NCBI GenBank assembly: GCA_963702425.1
Contig: CAVPCQ010000006.1
Coordinates: forward strand, 128,001-192,000
Direction: 5' to 3'
DNA length: 64,000 nucleotides
From: an uncultured Acidobacteriota bacterium
GTDB lineage: Bacteria > Acidobacteriota > Polarisedimenticolia > J045
Of the stretch, positions 1 through 10,206 are shown piece by piece. The position numbers and the translations under genes are program-made. Position 1 is the first letter of the stretch, and every line of letters begins with the position of its first letter. Under the pieces are notes generated by a model, which was given only the letters and a program-made list of their open reading frames with translations, was not told the origin of the DNA and ran no database searches.

Positions 1-2272
1 CGCCGGCCACGCGCTCCGCGAACACGCTTCGCGTGCCGGGGACCTGGCGCAGGACCTGCTCGAGGCGCCCGCCGAGCGTCTCCATTGCGGCCAGGTCCGA
101 GCCCTGGATCTTGATCCCGACCGGCGTGCGGAAACCGGTCGACTGCATGTCGATCCGGGCCTTGATCGGCATCGTCCAGGCATTGGTCACGCCGGGGATC
201 TTCAGTGAGCGGTCCATCTCGTCGACCAGCTCGTCCCAGGTGATCCGGTCGGGCCAGAAGGGGCGCATCAGCCCGGCCAGCCAGGCCGGGGCCCAGTCCG
301 AGTACCACGCCGCCCGGGCCCGCCACTCCGCTTCGGGCTTCAGGACGACGACCGTCTCCATCATCGAGAGCGGCGCCGGGTCGGTCGAGGTGTCGGCGCG
401 CCCCGCCTTCCCGAAGACGCGCTCGACCTCGGGGAACGAGGCCAGGACGCGGTCCTGCGTCGTCATCAGCTGCTGCGCTTCGCGCACGCCGATCCCGGGC
501 AGCGTCGTCGGCATGTAGAGGATCGTCCCCTCGTGCAGCGGCGGCATGAACTCCCGTCCGAGCTTGAAGTAGACGGGAAGGCTGACGGCCAGCAGGGCGA
601 CCGCGATCCCGACCGTCACCCAGGGCCGGCGCAGAGCCAGCCGGCAGGCCGGGGTATAGACCCGCTCGATCGCGCGCGAGACCGGGTGGCGCTCCTCCGA
701 GACGTAGCTCCCGACGAAGAGCTTCGTGGCGCACCACGCCAGCCAGCGCGGGCGGAAGGTAAAGGGATCGATCCGCGCGAACATCATCCGCAGCGCCGGG
801 TCGAGCGTGATCGCGAGCAGCGCCGCGATCGCCATCGTCAGGTTCTTCGAGGTCGCGAGCGGCTTGAACAGCCGGCCTTCCTGCTCGACCAGCGCGAAGA
901 CCGGCAGGAAGGCGACGGCGATCACCAGCAGCGAGAAGAAGACCGAGGGGCCGACCTCCTTCAACGCCGCCAGCCGGACCGCGTCGAAGCTCCCGGGCCG
1001 CCCCGCCTGCTGCCAGTGGTAGATCCGGTTGTAGGCGTTCTCGACCTCGACGATCGCCCCGTCGACCAGCACGCCGATCGAGATCGCGATCCCGGCCAGC
1101 GACATGATGTTGATCGTCAGCCCCGAGGTGTAGAAGGGAATGAAGGCCAGCAGCACCGCGATCGGGATCGTCAGGATCGGCACGATCGCCGAGGGGAGGT
1201 GCCAGAGGAAGACCAGGATCACGAGCGAGACGATGATCATCGCCAGCACGAGTTCGTGCCGGAGAGTATCCAGCGCCGAGAGGATCAGCTCGGAGCGGTC
1301 GTAGACCGGAACGGCCTCGACCCCCGCCGGGAGCGACGGGGCCAGTTCCGCGAGGCGGGCCTTCACGCGCCGGATGACGTTCAGCGCGTTCTCGCCGTGG
1401 CGCATCACGACGATTCCGCCAACGGTATCGCCGCGGCCGTCGAGGTCCGACACGCCGCGCCGCATCTCGGGCCCGATCTCGACTCGCGCGACATCCCCGA
1501 GCAGGACCGGGACACCGTTCGCACCGGTCTTCACGACGATCGACGCGAAGTCCCGCGCCCCTCGGGCGTAGCCTCGGCCGCGGACCATGAACTCGGCCCC
1601 GGCGATCTCCAGCAGCCGGCCGCCCGTCTCGTCGTTGGAGCGGCGGATCGCCGTCGCGATCTCGTCCAGGGAAAGGCCGTAGGAGAGCAGCCGATTGGGG
1701 TCGACGGTGACCTGGTACTGCTTGACGAAGCCGCCGATCGAGGCAACCTCCGCCACCCCGGGGACCGACTGCAGGGCGAAGCGCACGGTCCAGTCCTGCA
1801 GCGAGCGCAGTTCGTCGAGACCGAGGCGCTCGTTCCGGTCGACCAGCGCGTACTGGTAGACCCAGCCGAGACCGGTCGCGTCGGGGCCCAGCTCGGTCCG
1901 GACGCCGCCCGGAAGCTGCGGCGTGATCTTCGACAGGTACTCGAGCGTGCGCGAGCGCGCCCAGTAGATGTCGGTGCCGTCCTCGAAGATGACGTAGATG
2001 AACGAGAAGCCGAAGTCGGAGAAGCCGCGCACCGCCTTCACCCGCGGCGCTCCGAGCATCGCCGAAACGATCGGGTAGGTGACCTGATCTTCGATCACGT
2101 CGGGCGAACGGTCCCAGCGCGAGTAGATCGTGACCTGGGTGTCGGAGAGGTCGGGCAGCGCGTCGAGCCGGCTGGCGTCGAGCAGCCGCCAGGCGAGCAG
2201 GCAGAGTGCGAGCGTGGTCAGCAGCACCAGGAAACGGTGCCGGGCCGAGAACTCGATGATCCGCGCGATCAC
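1..2272 (-). CDS. cusA: CusA/CzcA family heavy-metal efflux RND permease (3' end runs off the window)
   Basis: Reverse strand reads (M)IARIIEFSARHRFLV...LDALPDLSDTQV..., GVLVDGAIVEVEN and EFMPPLHEG. The GTG start overlaps the cusB stop. Confidence 0.93.
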   Translation of the reverse strand, partial: MIARIIEFSARHRFLVLLTTLALCLLAWRLLDASRLDALPDLSDTQVTIYSRWDRSPDVIEDQVTYPIVSAMLGAPRVKAVRGFSDFGFSFIYVIFEDGTDIYWARSRTLEYLSKITPQLPGGVRTELGPDATGLGWVYQYALVDRNERLGLDELRSLQDWTVRFALQSVPGVAEVASIGGFVKQYQVTVDPNRLLSYGLSLDEIATAIRRSNDETGGRLLEIAGAEFMVRGRGYARGARDFASIVVKTGANGVPVLLGDVARVEIGPEMRRGVSDLDGRGDTVGGIVVMRHGENALNVIRRVKARLAELAPSLPAGVEAVPVYDRSELILSALDTLRHELVLAMIIVSLVILVFLWHLPSAIVPILTIPIAVLLAFIPFYTSGLTINIMSLAGIAISIGVLVDGAIVEVENAYNRIYHWQQAGRPGSFDAVRLAALKEVGPSVFFSLLVIAVAFLPVFALVEQEGRLFKPLATSKNLTMAIAALLAITLDPALRMMFARIDPFTFRPRWLAWCATKLFVGSYVSEERHPVSRAIERVYTPACRLALRRPWVTVGIAVALLAVSLPVYFKLGREFMPPLHEGTILYMPTTLPGIGVREAQQLMTTQDRVLASFPEVERVFGKAGRADTSTDPAPLSMMETVVVLKPEAEWRARAAWYSDWAPAWLAGLMRPFWPDRITWDELVDEMDRSLKIPGVTNAWTMPIKARIDMQSTGFRTPVGIKIQGSDLAAMETLGGRLEQVLRQVPGTRSVFAERVAG

Positions 2273-3573
2273 GGGGTGTGTCCCTCGTGGCCGCCGCCGG
2301 TCGGCCCCGGAGCGGGCGACCCGCCGGGTGCCGGCTGGGCCCCGGCGAACGCGGCGCGCAGCCGCGACTCCGAGTCGAGCAGGAAGTTGGCCTGGACGGC
2401 GACCTTCTCGCCTTCCCAGAGGCCCGCCAGGACCAGCACGTCGCCCTCGCCGCGCGCCCCGAGCGTCACGGTGCGCGGCACGAACGAGGAGTCGACCGAC
2501 TCGATGAAGACGACCTGCTCGCGCCCCGTGTCGAGCACCGCCGAGTCGGGGATGACGAGGCCCTCGGCCCTGGCGACGTCCAGCGTCACCTGCGCGAACA
2601 TCCCGGGCCGCAGGGCGAGCCCGGGGTTCGCGAACTCGATCCGGACGGGGAGGGTGCGGGTCGCCGGGTCGAGCGTCGGCGACAGAAAGACAACCCGCCC
2701 CTCCAGCGTCCGCGAGGGGTCGAACGGTAGCGTGACCTGCGCGCGCTGGCCGACGCGGAGCCGCGGGATGTCGGCTTCGAACAGGCTGGCGTCGATCCAG
2801 ACGCGCGAGAAGTCGGTGACCTGGAACAGCTCCGTGCCGGGCTCGACGCGGTGCCCCTCGACGACGTTCTTGACCGTCACGTAGCCCGAGACCGGCGCAG
2901 CGAGGGTGACCGTTCGCTGCGGTGGGCCGCCCGACTCCAGCGCCGCGATCGCCGCGGCCGGAACGTCGAGCAGTTGCAGCCGCCGCCGCGCCGCTGCGAG
3001 CAGTTCCTCCGACGCACGCCGGACCTCGGGGAGTGACGACGACGACAGGCGCGTCACGCTCTCGCGGGCGCGCAGATACTCCTCCTGGCTGGCGAGCAGT
3101 TCGGGCGAGTAGATCGTGAGCACGGGCGCGCCGGCCCGCACCTCCTGGCCGGTGAAATTGACGAACAGCCGCTCGACCCAGCCCTCGACCTTGGTGTGGA
3201 GGTGGCGGACCCGGGTCTCGTCGGGCACGACCGTGCCCGCGGTGCGCAGCGCGGTCGCGATCGTCCCCCGGCGCACCGGCACGGTGCGCACGCCGGCGAG
3301 CCGGACACCGCTCTCGCCGAGCTCGGCGGTGGCGCGGGGCTCGGCCACGCCGGCGTCGCCCGACGCCGCGGGAGCGCGCTCGACCGGCACGAGGCGCATC
3401 CCGCAGATCGGGCAGTCGCCGGGCTGGTCCTTCACGATCTGGGGGTGCATCGGGCAGGTATGGAGCACTCCCGAAGACGTGCTCTTCGCGTCGCGGGCGC
3501 CGCAGCCCGGGATCGAGGCGATCACCGCAAGGACCAGGCTCAGCACGACGAGCGCAGCGGGGCGGTGTCTCAT
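2269..3573 (-). CDS. cusB: CusB-type efflux RND periplasmic adaptor with N-terminal heavy-metal-binding domain
   Basis: HTCPMHPQI...CPICGMRL metal motif, IYSPELLASQEEYL, LRPGMF, NFLLDSESRL. ATG overlaps the TolC stop. Confidence 0.9.
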   Translation of the reverse strand: MRHRPAALVVLSLVLAVIASIPGCGARDAKSTSSGVLHTCPMHPQIVKDQPGDCPICGMRLVPVERAPAASGDAGVAEPRATAELGESGVRLAGVRTVPVRRGTIATALRTAGTVVPDETRVRHLHTKVEGWVERLFVNFTGQEVRAGAPVLTIYSPELLASQEEYLRARESVTRLSSSSLPEVRRASEELLAAARRRLQLLDVPAAAIAALESGGPPQRTVTLAAPVSGYVTVKNVVEGHRVEPGTELFQVTDFSRVWIDASLFEADIPRLRVGQRAQVTLPFDPSRTLEGRVVFLSPTLDPATRTLPVRIEFANPGLALRPGMFAQVTLDVARAEGLVIPDSAVLDTGREQVVFIESVDSSFVPRTVTLGARGEGDVLVLAGLWEGEKVAVQANFLLDSESRLRAAFAGAQPAPGGSPAPGPTGGGHEGHTP

Positions 3574-4841
3574 GGCGTCTCTCCGAGGAGCGCGCGGTCG
3601 TCGGCGCCCGGCACGAGAGCCTGGATGGCGGCCCAGGCGGTGTAGCGATCGGCTTCGCGGCGCGACAGCAGGATCCGCGCCTCCAGCCAGGCGTTGAGCT
3701 CCTCGACGACGACGGAGAACTCGCCGCGCCCCGCGACGTACGCGGCGCGCGCGGCATCGAGCGCGGCGGTGGCGAGCGGGAGGCTTCCCTCGCGGACCCG
3801 CACGAGCTGGCGTTCCGCCTGTCCGCGCAGCGCCTCGGCGCGCGCCGCAGCCGCGCGCGCTTCGGCCTCGGCGGCGCGCAGGTCGTGGCGTGCCGCCTCG
3901 CTCTCGGCTTCGGCGGCAACGACCCGGGGGCGCAGCGTGCTCTGCTTCCAGGCCGGCCACTCGACGCCGAAGCGCACGAGCACGACCGGATCGAGCGATC
4001 CGCGGTAGCCGGCCCCGCCGCCGACCGACAGGTCGGGCCGAAGCTCCTCGCGCGCCGCGACGGCGCGGCGCTCGGCCGCGTCGACCGCGGCCTGCGCGGC
4101 GGCCACCGCCGCGGCCTCGCGGACCGCGCCGGGAGGCCAGCCAGGAGCCGGGAAGGCGACTTCCGGCAGGGCCACCACCGGCGGGATCGCCAACCCCTCC
4201 GGGGCATCGACCAGCCGCTCGAGCCGGGACAGGACCAAGGCCCGGGCCGCGTCGAGATCGATCTCGCGCTCGACCAGGCGGGCGCTTTCGAGCCGCGCCC
4301 GGATCGCGCCGGCGAGATCGGTCCCACCGGTCGCGTAGCGCGAGGCGCTGACCTGGCCGAGCAACTCGAGCAGCTCGGCGGCCGAAGCGAGCGTGGATCG
4401 CTCAGCGTCGATCGCGTACAGCACGGCCCACGCCTCGCGGATCTCGGCCAGGATCTCGCGCCGCCGGACACGCGCCTCGGCGGCCACGAGCGCCTCCTCG
4501 GCCGTCGCCGCGTTGCGCCGCGCCGCGCGCTTGCGCGCGCTCGGCAGGCTCTGCCGCAGCTCGACCGCGAGCATCGACATCTCCTCGTCGCCGAGGGTCA
4601 GCCGGTCGGCTCCGACGTTCTGGAGCATCGATTCGAGCATCGGGCCGGGCAGCGCTCCGGCCGGTTCGGCGGCGGCACGGGCGGCGATCAGGCGCTGGTC
4701 GAGTGCGGCGAGGGCGGGGCTACCCGCCAGCGCCATGCGGGCCAGTTCGTCGGCGTCGTGCGGTGCGACCGGGTGCGGGCTCTCTTCGGCCGCGGCGGGC
4801 AGCGCCAGCGCGACGAAGAGCAGCACCCCAAGGGGAGTCAT
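3570..4841 (-). CDS. TolC family outer-membrane efflux protein
   Basis: Signal peptide and Ala-rich helical repeats; first structural gene of the cus operon. Start position uncertain. Confidence 0.8.
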   Translation of the reverse strand: MTPLGVLLFVALALPAAAEESPHPVAPHDADELARMALAGSPALAALDQRLIAARAAAEPAGALPGPMLESMLQNVGADRLTLGDEEMSMLAVELRQSLPSARKRAARRNAATAEEALVAAEARVRRREILAEIREAWAVLYAIDAERSTLASAAELLELLGQVSASRYATGGTDLAGAIRARLESARLVEREIDLDAARALVLSRLERLVDAPEGLAIPPVVALPEVAFPAPGWPPGAVREAAAVAAAQAAVDAAERRAVAAREELRPDLSVGGGAGYRGSLDPVVLVRFGVEWPAWKQSTLRPRVVAAEAESEAARHDLRAAEAEARAAAARAEALRGQAERQLVRVREGSLPLATAALDAARAAYVAGRGEFSVVVEELNAWLEARILLSRREADRYTAWAAIQALVPGADDRALLGETP

Positions 4842-4956
4842 CCTGTCCACTGTCGTTCCTCGTCCGCGGCGGCACGCGCGGCGCCGCCGCGTTTCGTGCA
4901 ACACGGCTCCACCCCGCGCTGGCGCGCGGAGTCGTCACGCGGTCACGAGGTCGAGG

Positions 4957-5340
4957 TCAACAGCGAAAAGTGCAGCAGACGAGGAACAGCGACGGCGCGG
5001 CGGCCGCCAGGGCGTTTGGCGCCGTCGCGAAGGACGGGACGCCGGCGGCCGCGTCCGGGACGGTCGCGGGGACGGGGACGGGTGCAGCTAGGGAATCGTG
5101 CGCGCCCGGCCCGGCGGGGGGGGTGGCGGGCTGGGGCCGCTCCGGCGCCTCCGGCGCCCGATCCCGGGCGCAACAGCAGCCCGACGGGCCGCAGGGGTCC
5201 GTTCCGGGTGCGTCGCCGTCGCCGCCGGAACAGCGGCAGGCTGCCGGGGCCGCCGTCGCGGCGCACCGCATCCCCGCTCCAGCCGGCACGGCCAGGGCGG
5301 CCAGCAGGAGGAGCAGGACGGCAGCCCGGAGGAATCTCAT
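4957..5340 (-). CDS. Small Cys-rich hypothetical protein upstream of the metal efflux operon
   Basis: Hydrophobic N-terminus, CRC and CGPSGCCC clusters, Pro/Ala linker, C-terminal LVCCTFRC. Confidence 0.55.
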   Translation of the reverse strand: MRFLRAAVLLLLLAALAVPAGAGMRCAATAAPAACRCSGGDGDAPGTDPCGPSGCCCARDRAPEAPERPQPATPPAGPGAHDSLAAPVPVPATVPDAAAGVPSFATAPNALAAAAPSLFLVCCTFRC

Positions 5341-5438
5341 CGAGGACTATCTTCGCCCCAAACGGCCGCGGGGGCACGGGGTTCGGCGAGGTTCGCTAGA
5401 ATGCCCGTCCGAAGCGCCGACTGGCGCGGGAGGCCCGG

Positions 5439-5723
5439 ATGCCGGCGAGGCGCTTCACGGTCCGCGGAAAGGTCCACGGAGTCGGCTTTCGGTCGTTCGC
5501 CAAGACCTGTGCCGACGCCCTCGGCGTGACCGGGTGGGTCTGCAACCGGCCGGACGGCACCGTGGTCGTCCACGCAGAGGGCACGGAGGAGCAGCTCAAC
5601 GAGCTGGCATTCGACCTCTCGCGCGGGTCCCGGTTCGCCCGTGTCCAGGGGATCGAGCCCTCGGAGGCTCCTCCCGAGACCCCCACCGCCTTCTCCATCC
5701 TCCGACAGGAACCGCCTCGATGA
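5439..5723 (+). CDS. acyP: Acylphosphatase
   Basis: VRGKVHGVGFR and GWVCNRPDGTV motifs; GGAGG RBS upstream. Confidence 0.9.
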   Translation: MPARRFTVRGKVHGVGFRSFAKTCADALGVTGWVCNRPDGTVVVHAEGTEEQLNELAFDLSRGSRFARVQGIEPSEAPPETPTAFSILRQEPPR

Positions 5724-6242
5724 GCAGCGCAGCGCTGAAGGCCCACATCCGCGACATCCCCGACTTCCCGAGCCCGGGAATCCTCTTCCGCGATCTCACC
5801 CCCCTGCTCGCCTCTCCGGAGGCGCTCGCGGCCGCTGTCGACCAGCTCGAAGCCTGGGCCCGCCCCCGCCGGCCGGACGCGATCGTGGGGGTCGAGTCCC
5901 GGGGCTTCCTGTTCGGCGCGCCGCTCGCGCTGCGGCTCGGCGTCGGGATCGTGCCGGTGCGCAAGCCGGGCAAGCTGCCCTGGAGAGACGCTCACCGAGA
6001 GCTACTCGCTGGAGTACGGCCAGGGCCAGCTCCAGATGCACGAGGACGCGATCGCCGCGGGTGCCCGCGTACTCGTGGTCGACGACCTGCTCGCGACCGG
6101 CGGGACGGCAGCGGCGACGATCCGGCTCGTGCAGCGGGCCGGCGGTCGGGTGGCCGGGGCACTTTTTGTGGTCGAGCTGAGCGCCCTGAAGGGCCGCTCG
6201 CTGTTGGACGGGGTCGAAGTGCACTCGCTCGTGACCTACTGA
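5720..6242 (+). CDS. apt: Adenine phosphoribosyltransferase (+1 frameshift near 5984, probably sequencing error)
   Basis: IRDIPDFPSPGILFRD and VRKPGKLP in one frame; YSLEYG and VLVVDDLLATGGT in the next. Confidence 0.9.
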
Positions 6243-6377
6243 GCCGAGGGGGAACCGTCCGGCGCGGCCACCGGAGCCGCCCCCCGCGGCGGCGAGGCTG
6301 CCGGGGCGCTGCGCGGGGGCGGGGCGACGATGTGCCCCCAGCCCCCGCCCGGGTTTAACATGGCCGGCTTTCCGGGC

Positions 6378-6454
<77 letters not shown>

Positions 6455-6523
6455 CGCCCGGCCGCGGACGGTTGTTGGCAATCGGGCGGCGCTGCGGCGC
6501 CGCAGGAAGTCGGAGAGAGAGCG

Positions 6524-7240
6524 ATGGACCGGATCGAGCGCAAGAAGATCAAGCAGGACGAATTCGTTTCCGAGGGGATGCGCATCTTCCAGTGGATCGA
6601 GGATCACCCGACGATGCTCCTCGCCGGCGCGGGGGCGTTCGTTGCGCTGGTGCTCGCGGCGTGGGGGGGCTCGGCGTACATGCGCTCGCGCGATCAGCGC
6701 TCGGCCGACCTTCTGGCCCGCGGCCAGGCGGCTTTGAACGCGCCGGTCATCCCGACCGGGGCCAAGCCGGATGATGCCTACGCGCCAAGCTTCGCGAGCG
6801 CCGCGGATCGGTCGCGCGCGGCGACGGAGCGGCTGGGCACGGCGGCGGCCGCAGGGGGCAAGCCGTCCGCCCTGGCGTCCTACCTGGAGGGTATCGCGCT
6901 GCTCGAGAAGGGCGACCCCGGTGGCGCGATCGCGACGCTCGAGAAGGCGGCCCCGGCGTTGAAGTCGGACGCGACGGTGCGGCCCTTGGCCGACGCCGTC
7001 CTGGCTTCCGCCTACGACCGGGCCGGACAGCGCGAGAAGGCGCTGGCCGCCTGGCGGCAACTCGGCGAGAAGGACTCCGGGTACCCCCGCGATCTCGCGC
7101 TCGTCGGTCTGGCGCGGACGCTGGAAGGAGCCGGGCAGAAGGAGGAGGCCGTGAGGGCCTGGCGAGAGATCGTCGATACCTTCCCGGATTCGCCGGTTCG
7201 CGAGACAGCGACCGCCGCGCTGGGTCGGCTCGGAGCGTAG
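6524..7240 (+). CDS. Membrane-anchored tetratricopeptide-repeat protein (YfgM-like)
   Basis: RKKIKQDEF N-terminus, one TM helix, TPR-like helices, C-terminal FPDSP. Confidence 0.7.
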   Translation: MDRIERKKIKQDEFVSEGMRIFQWIEDHPTMLLAGAGAFVALVLAAWGGSAYMRSRDQRSADLLARGQAALNAPVIPTGAKPDDAYAPSFASAADRSRAATERLGTAAAAGGKPSALASYLEGIALLEKGDPGGAIATLEKAAPALKSDATVRPLADAVLASAYDRAGQREKALAAWRQLGEKDSGYPRDLALVGLARTLEGAGQKEEAVRAWREIVDTFPDSPVRETATAALGRLGA

Positions 7241-7269
7241 CAAGCCGCGCCGCCGGCCGCGCTGCGGCG

Positions 7270-8151
7270 TCAGCGCGGGCGTTCGGACTGGTTCAGTCGC
7301 CGCAGGTAGTCGGGGTCGGTGAGTTCGTCGAGGTTCGGCGTCTCCACCGCCGACTCCGGGTCGCCGATCCGGAGCGGCCGGCGACGTCCTTCTTCGTTCC
7401 CCACCTGATCGACGGCGTTGACGAAGTAGAACACGATCCGCTCTGCGGCCACGTCCTCGGGGTTCGGGGGCGGCTCGAACGCGGCCTGGGTGTCGCTCGT
7501 TTCCTGGGCGATGTAGCGGGTCATCAGCGGGAAGCGCTTCAGCGTCTTGTCGAAGCGGTAGACGCGGTAGCCGGCCACCTGCTCCATGTCGTCGCTCATG
7601 TCCCGCATGACGGGGGTCCACCAGAGCTGGAGCGTGCCGTCCGGGAGCCGCCGCAGCCGCAACGAGTCGACGGGGGCGGGCGGACGGGTGTCGATCTCGA
7701 ACTGCTGGACGCCGTCGAGCGGCAACCAGCCGCCGTTGCCCCGGGCCTTCGCGGCGCGCCAGAAGTACGTGCCGTCGACCAGCTTGCCGTTGACGCGGTA
7801 GTGGATCCCCTGGTAGTTCGTCGGGAGGTACTTCGCCGGCACGTCTGCGACATTGTACGAGTCGCCGAGCAGCCAGCCGACCTTCTCCTTCTTCCCGTCG
7901 AACGTCGCCACGATCCGGTCGAAGTCCGAGTCGAGTGCGACCTCGATCCGGTAGTACTCCTCGGGAAGGGGACGCCCCGAAGCCTCGATGTAGAAGCTGA
8001 CGGTCGAGGAGACGATCTCGCCCCGGCCGGGCGCGGCCGGCCGCTCCCCCTCGAAGGCCCAGCTTGCCGGAGTGCCGGAGGCGGCGGCAAGCGCGAGCAC
8101 GGACAGACGCAGAACGACGGGACGCAGGGGCATCGGGGCTCCGGGTGGCAT
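7270..8151 (-). CDS. Secreted hypothetical protein with possible fibronectin type III-like domains
   Basis: Signal peptide; DGTYFWRA, DTRPPAPV, LWW, VAGYRVYR and YFVNAVDQVGNE resemble Fn3 strands. Confidence 0.6.
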   Translation of the reverse strand: MPPGAPMPLRPVVLRLSVLALAAASGTPASWAFEGERPAAPGRGEIVSSTVSFYIEASGRPLPEEYYRIEVALDSDFDRIVATFDGKKEKVGWLLGDSYNVADVPAKYLPTNYQGIHYRVNGKLVDGTYFWRAAKARGNGGWLPLDGVQQFEIDTRPPAPVDSLRLRRLPDGTLQLWWTPVMRDMSDDMEQVAGYRVYRFDKTLKRFPLMTRYIAQETSDTQAAFEPPPNPEDVAAERIVFYFVNAVDQVGNEEGRRRPLRIGDPESAVETPNLDELTDPDYLRRLNQSERPR

Positions 8152-8258
8152 TTCTCTTATACCGCCCACCCCGGGGCGCGGCAAACCAAACCGCCCCGGG
8201 CCGGCGGGGATTACCCACCGCGGTCGCGGGGCGCCGGGACTCGACCGCCCCGCGGCGG

Positions 8259-8675
8259 TCAGAACGGGATGTCGTCGTCCTGGATCGGGTCCTGGCCCTG
8301 CAGCTCCGGCGGCGGCCCGCCGGGTCCGCGGTCCATCCCCTCGCCGCGGCCTCCGAGGAGCTGGATCTGGTCGGCGCGCACCTCGAGGCTGGTCCGGTTC
8401 TTCCCGTCGCGGTCGGTGTATTCCCGCACCCGGAGGCGGCCGTCGACGTAGACCTGCTTCCCCTTCACCAGGTATTGCTTCAGGGACTCGGCCTGCTTGC
8501 CCCAGACATTGATGCGGAACCAGGTGGTCGTCTCCTGCCCGCCCGCGTTGCGGTCGCCCGAGCGCTCGTTGACGGCGAGCGTGAACTCGAGCACGGCGGC
8601 ACCCGAGGGCGTGTACTTCAGCTCGGCATCGCGACCGAGGTTTCCGACGAGGATGATCTTTGCGAGCGACGCCAT
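8259..8675 (-). CDS. ssb: Single-stranded DNA-binding protein
   Basis: KIILVGNLGRDAE, KGKQVYVDGRL, C-terminal DDDIPF. Confidence 0.96.
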   Translation of the reverse strand: MASLAKIILVGNLGRDAELKYTPSGAAVLEFTLAVNERSGDRNAGGQETTTWFRINVWGKQAESLKQYLVKGKQVYVDGRLRVREYTDRDGKNRTSLEVRADQIQLLGGRGEGMDRGPGGPPPELQGQDPIQDDDIPF

Positions 8676-8804
8676 CCGTTCTCCCTCCTCCGCGCAACCT
8701 GAACTCCCGCGGGCAGCGCGTGAGATTGTCACGCGCGGCGCAGGGGGTCAACCCGCCGCGACGAGGACCTGTCCCGGGCCCGGGAAGTGCGCATAATGCG
8801 CGGC

Positions 8805-9266
8805 GTGAAGGTCCTCGTACAGCGCGTGGCCCGGGCGTCGGTCGCGGTCGAAGGGGAGGCGCTCGGCGCGATCGGTGTCGGGGCGCTCGTGCTGCTCGGC
8901 GTCGAACGCGGTGACACCCCCGAGCTGGCGGGATGGTATGCGCGACGGCTCGCGTCGATGAGGCTCTTCCCCGGCGACGGGGCGCTCTGGAGCCGCACGC
9001 TGGCCGAGGTGGGCGGGGCCGTGCTCGTCGTCTCCCAATTCACCCTGGCCGCCCGGACGCGCAAGGGGCGGCGCCCGTCGTTCGACGCGGCTGCGCCCCC
9101 GGAACTGGCCGTCCCGCTTTGTGCGACCTTTGCCGAGACGCTGCGCGGCGAGGGGCTTCGCGTCGAAGAGGGGCGCTTCGGCGCGATGATGCAGGTCGAG
9201 TTGGTCAACGACGGGCCGGTGACCTTCCTGCTCGACGGGCCCCTCGCGCCCGGAAGCGCGCCGTGA
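8805..9266 (+). CDS. dtd: D-aminoacyl-tRNA deacylase
   Basis: [30 protein letters not shown]. Confidence 0.95.
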   Translation: MKVLVQRVARASVAVEGEALGAIGVGALVLLGVERGDTPELAGWYARRLASMRLFPGDGALWSRTLAEVGGAVLVVSQFTLAARTRKGRRPSFDAAAPPELAVPLCATFAETLRGEGLRVEEGRFGAMMQVELVNDGPVTFLLDGPLAPGSAP

Positions 9267-10156
9267 GCGACGCCGGCCCGTCCGTCGCGGCGTTTCTCCA
9301 GGACCTCGTCGCCGTGCGCGGGCTGTCGGCCCGGACCGTCGATGCCTACGGACGCGACCTGGCAGCCCTCTCCGACTTCCTCGCCGGGCGCGATGGCGCC
9401 GACCTCGTCGCGGTGGACGAGGACTCCCTGACAGCGTGGTTGAGAGCGCAGAAGGCGGCCGGGCTCTCGCCCGCCACGCGGGCTCGGCGGCTGGCGGCGG
9501 TCCGCGCGTACCTGCGCTATCTGCGCGAGGAGCGGGTGCGCGACGACGATCCCGGCCTCCGCCTCCCGGCCCCGCGGAAGCGGCGCCCGCTGCCGCGCGT
9601 GCTGAGCGAGTCCGATGTCGAGCGCCTGCTGGCCAGCCCGGAGACCGCCACGCCGCGCGGCCGGCGCGACCGCGCGATGCTCGAGCTGCTGTACGCCTCG
9701 GGGTTGCGCGTGTCGGAACTCTGCGCGCTGCGCACGGGGCAGCTCGACCTGCGCCGCGGGCTGGTGCGTGTGATGGGAAAGGGGAGCCGCGAGCGGATCG
9801 TTCCGGTCGGCGCGAAGGCGCTCGCCGCGCTGCGCGACTACCTCGAGCAGGGCCGGCCGGCATTCCGCCCGCGAGGGGACACGCTGTTCCCGGGGCGCGC
9901 CGGGCGGCCGATGACGCGCCAGAACTTCTGGGTCCAGCTCCGGCGGCTCGGGCAGGCTGCCGGGATCGACGCCTCGCGGCTCTCGCCGCACGTCGTGCGC
10001 CACTCGTTCGCCACCCACCTGGTCGAGCACGGAGCCGATCTGCGGACGGTGCAGCAGTTGCTGGGACACCGCGACATCTCGACCACCGAGATCTACACCC
10101 ACGTCGCACGCGAGCGGTTGCGCCGGCTATACGACGAGCACCACCCCCGGGCGTGA
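9263..10156 (+). CDS. xerD: Site-specific tyrosine recombinase XerD
   Basis: [53 protein letters not shown]. Confidence 0.9.
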   Translation: MSDAGPSVAAFLQDLVAVRGLSARTVDAYGRDLAALSDFLAGRDGADLVAVDEDSLTAWLRAQKAAGLSPATRARRLAAVRAYLRYLREERVRDDDPGLRLPAPRKRRPLPRVLSESDVERLLASPETATPRGRRDRAMLELLYASGLRVSELCALRTGQLDLRRGLVRVMGKGSRERIVPVGAKALAALRDYLEQGRPAFRPRGDTLFPGRAGRPMTRQNFWVQLRRLGQAAGIDASRLSPHVVRHSFATHLVEHGADLRTVQQLLGHRDISTTEIYTHVARERLRRLYDEHHPRA

Positions 10157-10206
10157 CGGCCCCCGCGTCGGGCGGGTATGCTGAGGCCTGGCCCGGGAGA
10201 GACGCC

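Noticed and set aside
533-2884. Long antisense or alternate-frame ORFs (this one, 28103-32212, 58138-60210 and others)
   Set aside because: Shadow ORFs typical of high-GC coding DNA opposite well-supported genes.
8786-8813. AGTGCGCATAA, resembling the E. coli dif XerC arm, upstream of dtd-xerD
   Set aside because: No XerD arm follows. It is better explained as a CATAAT -10 element within a short GCGCAT-A-ATGCGC palindrome.
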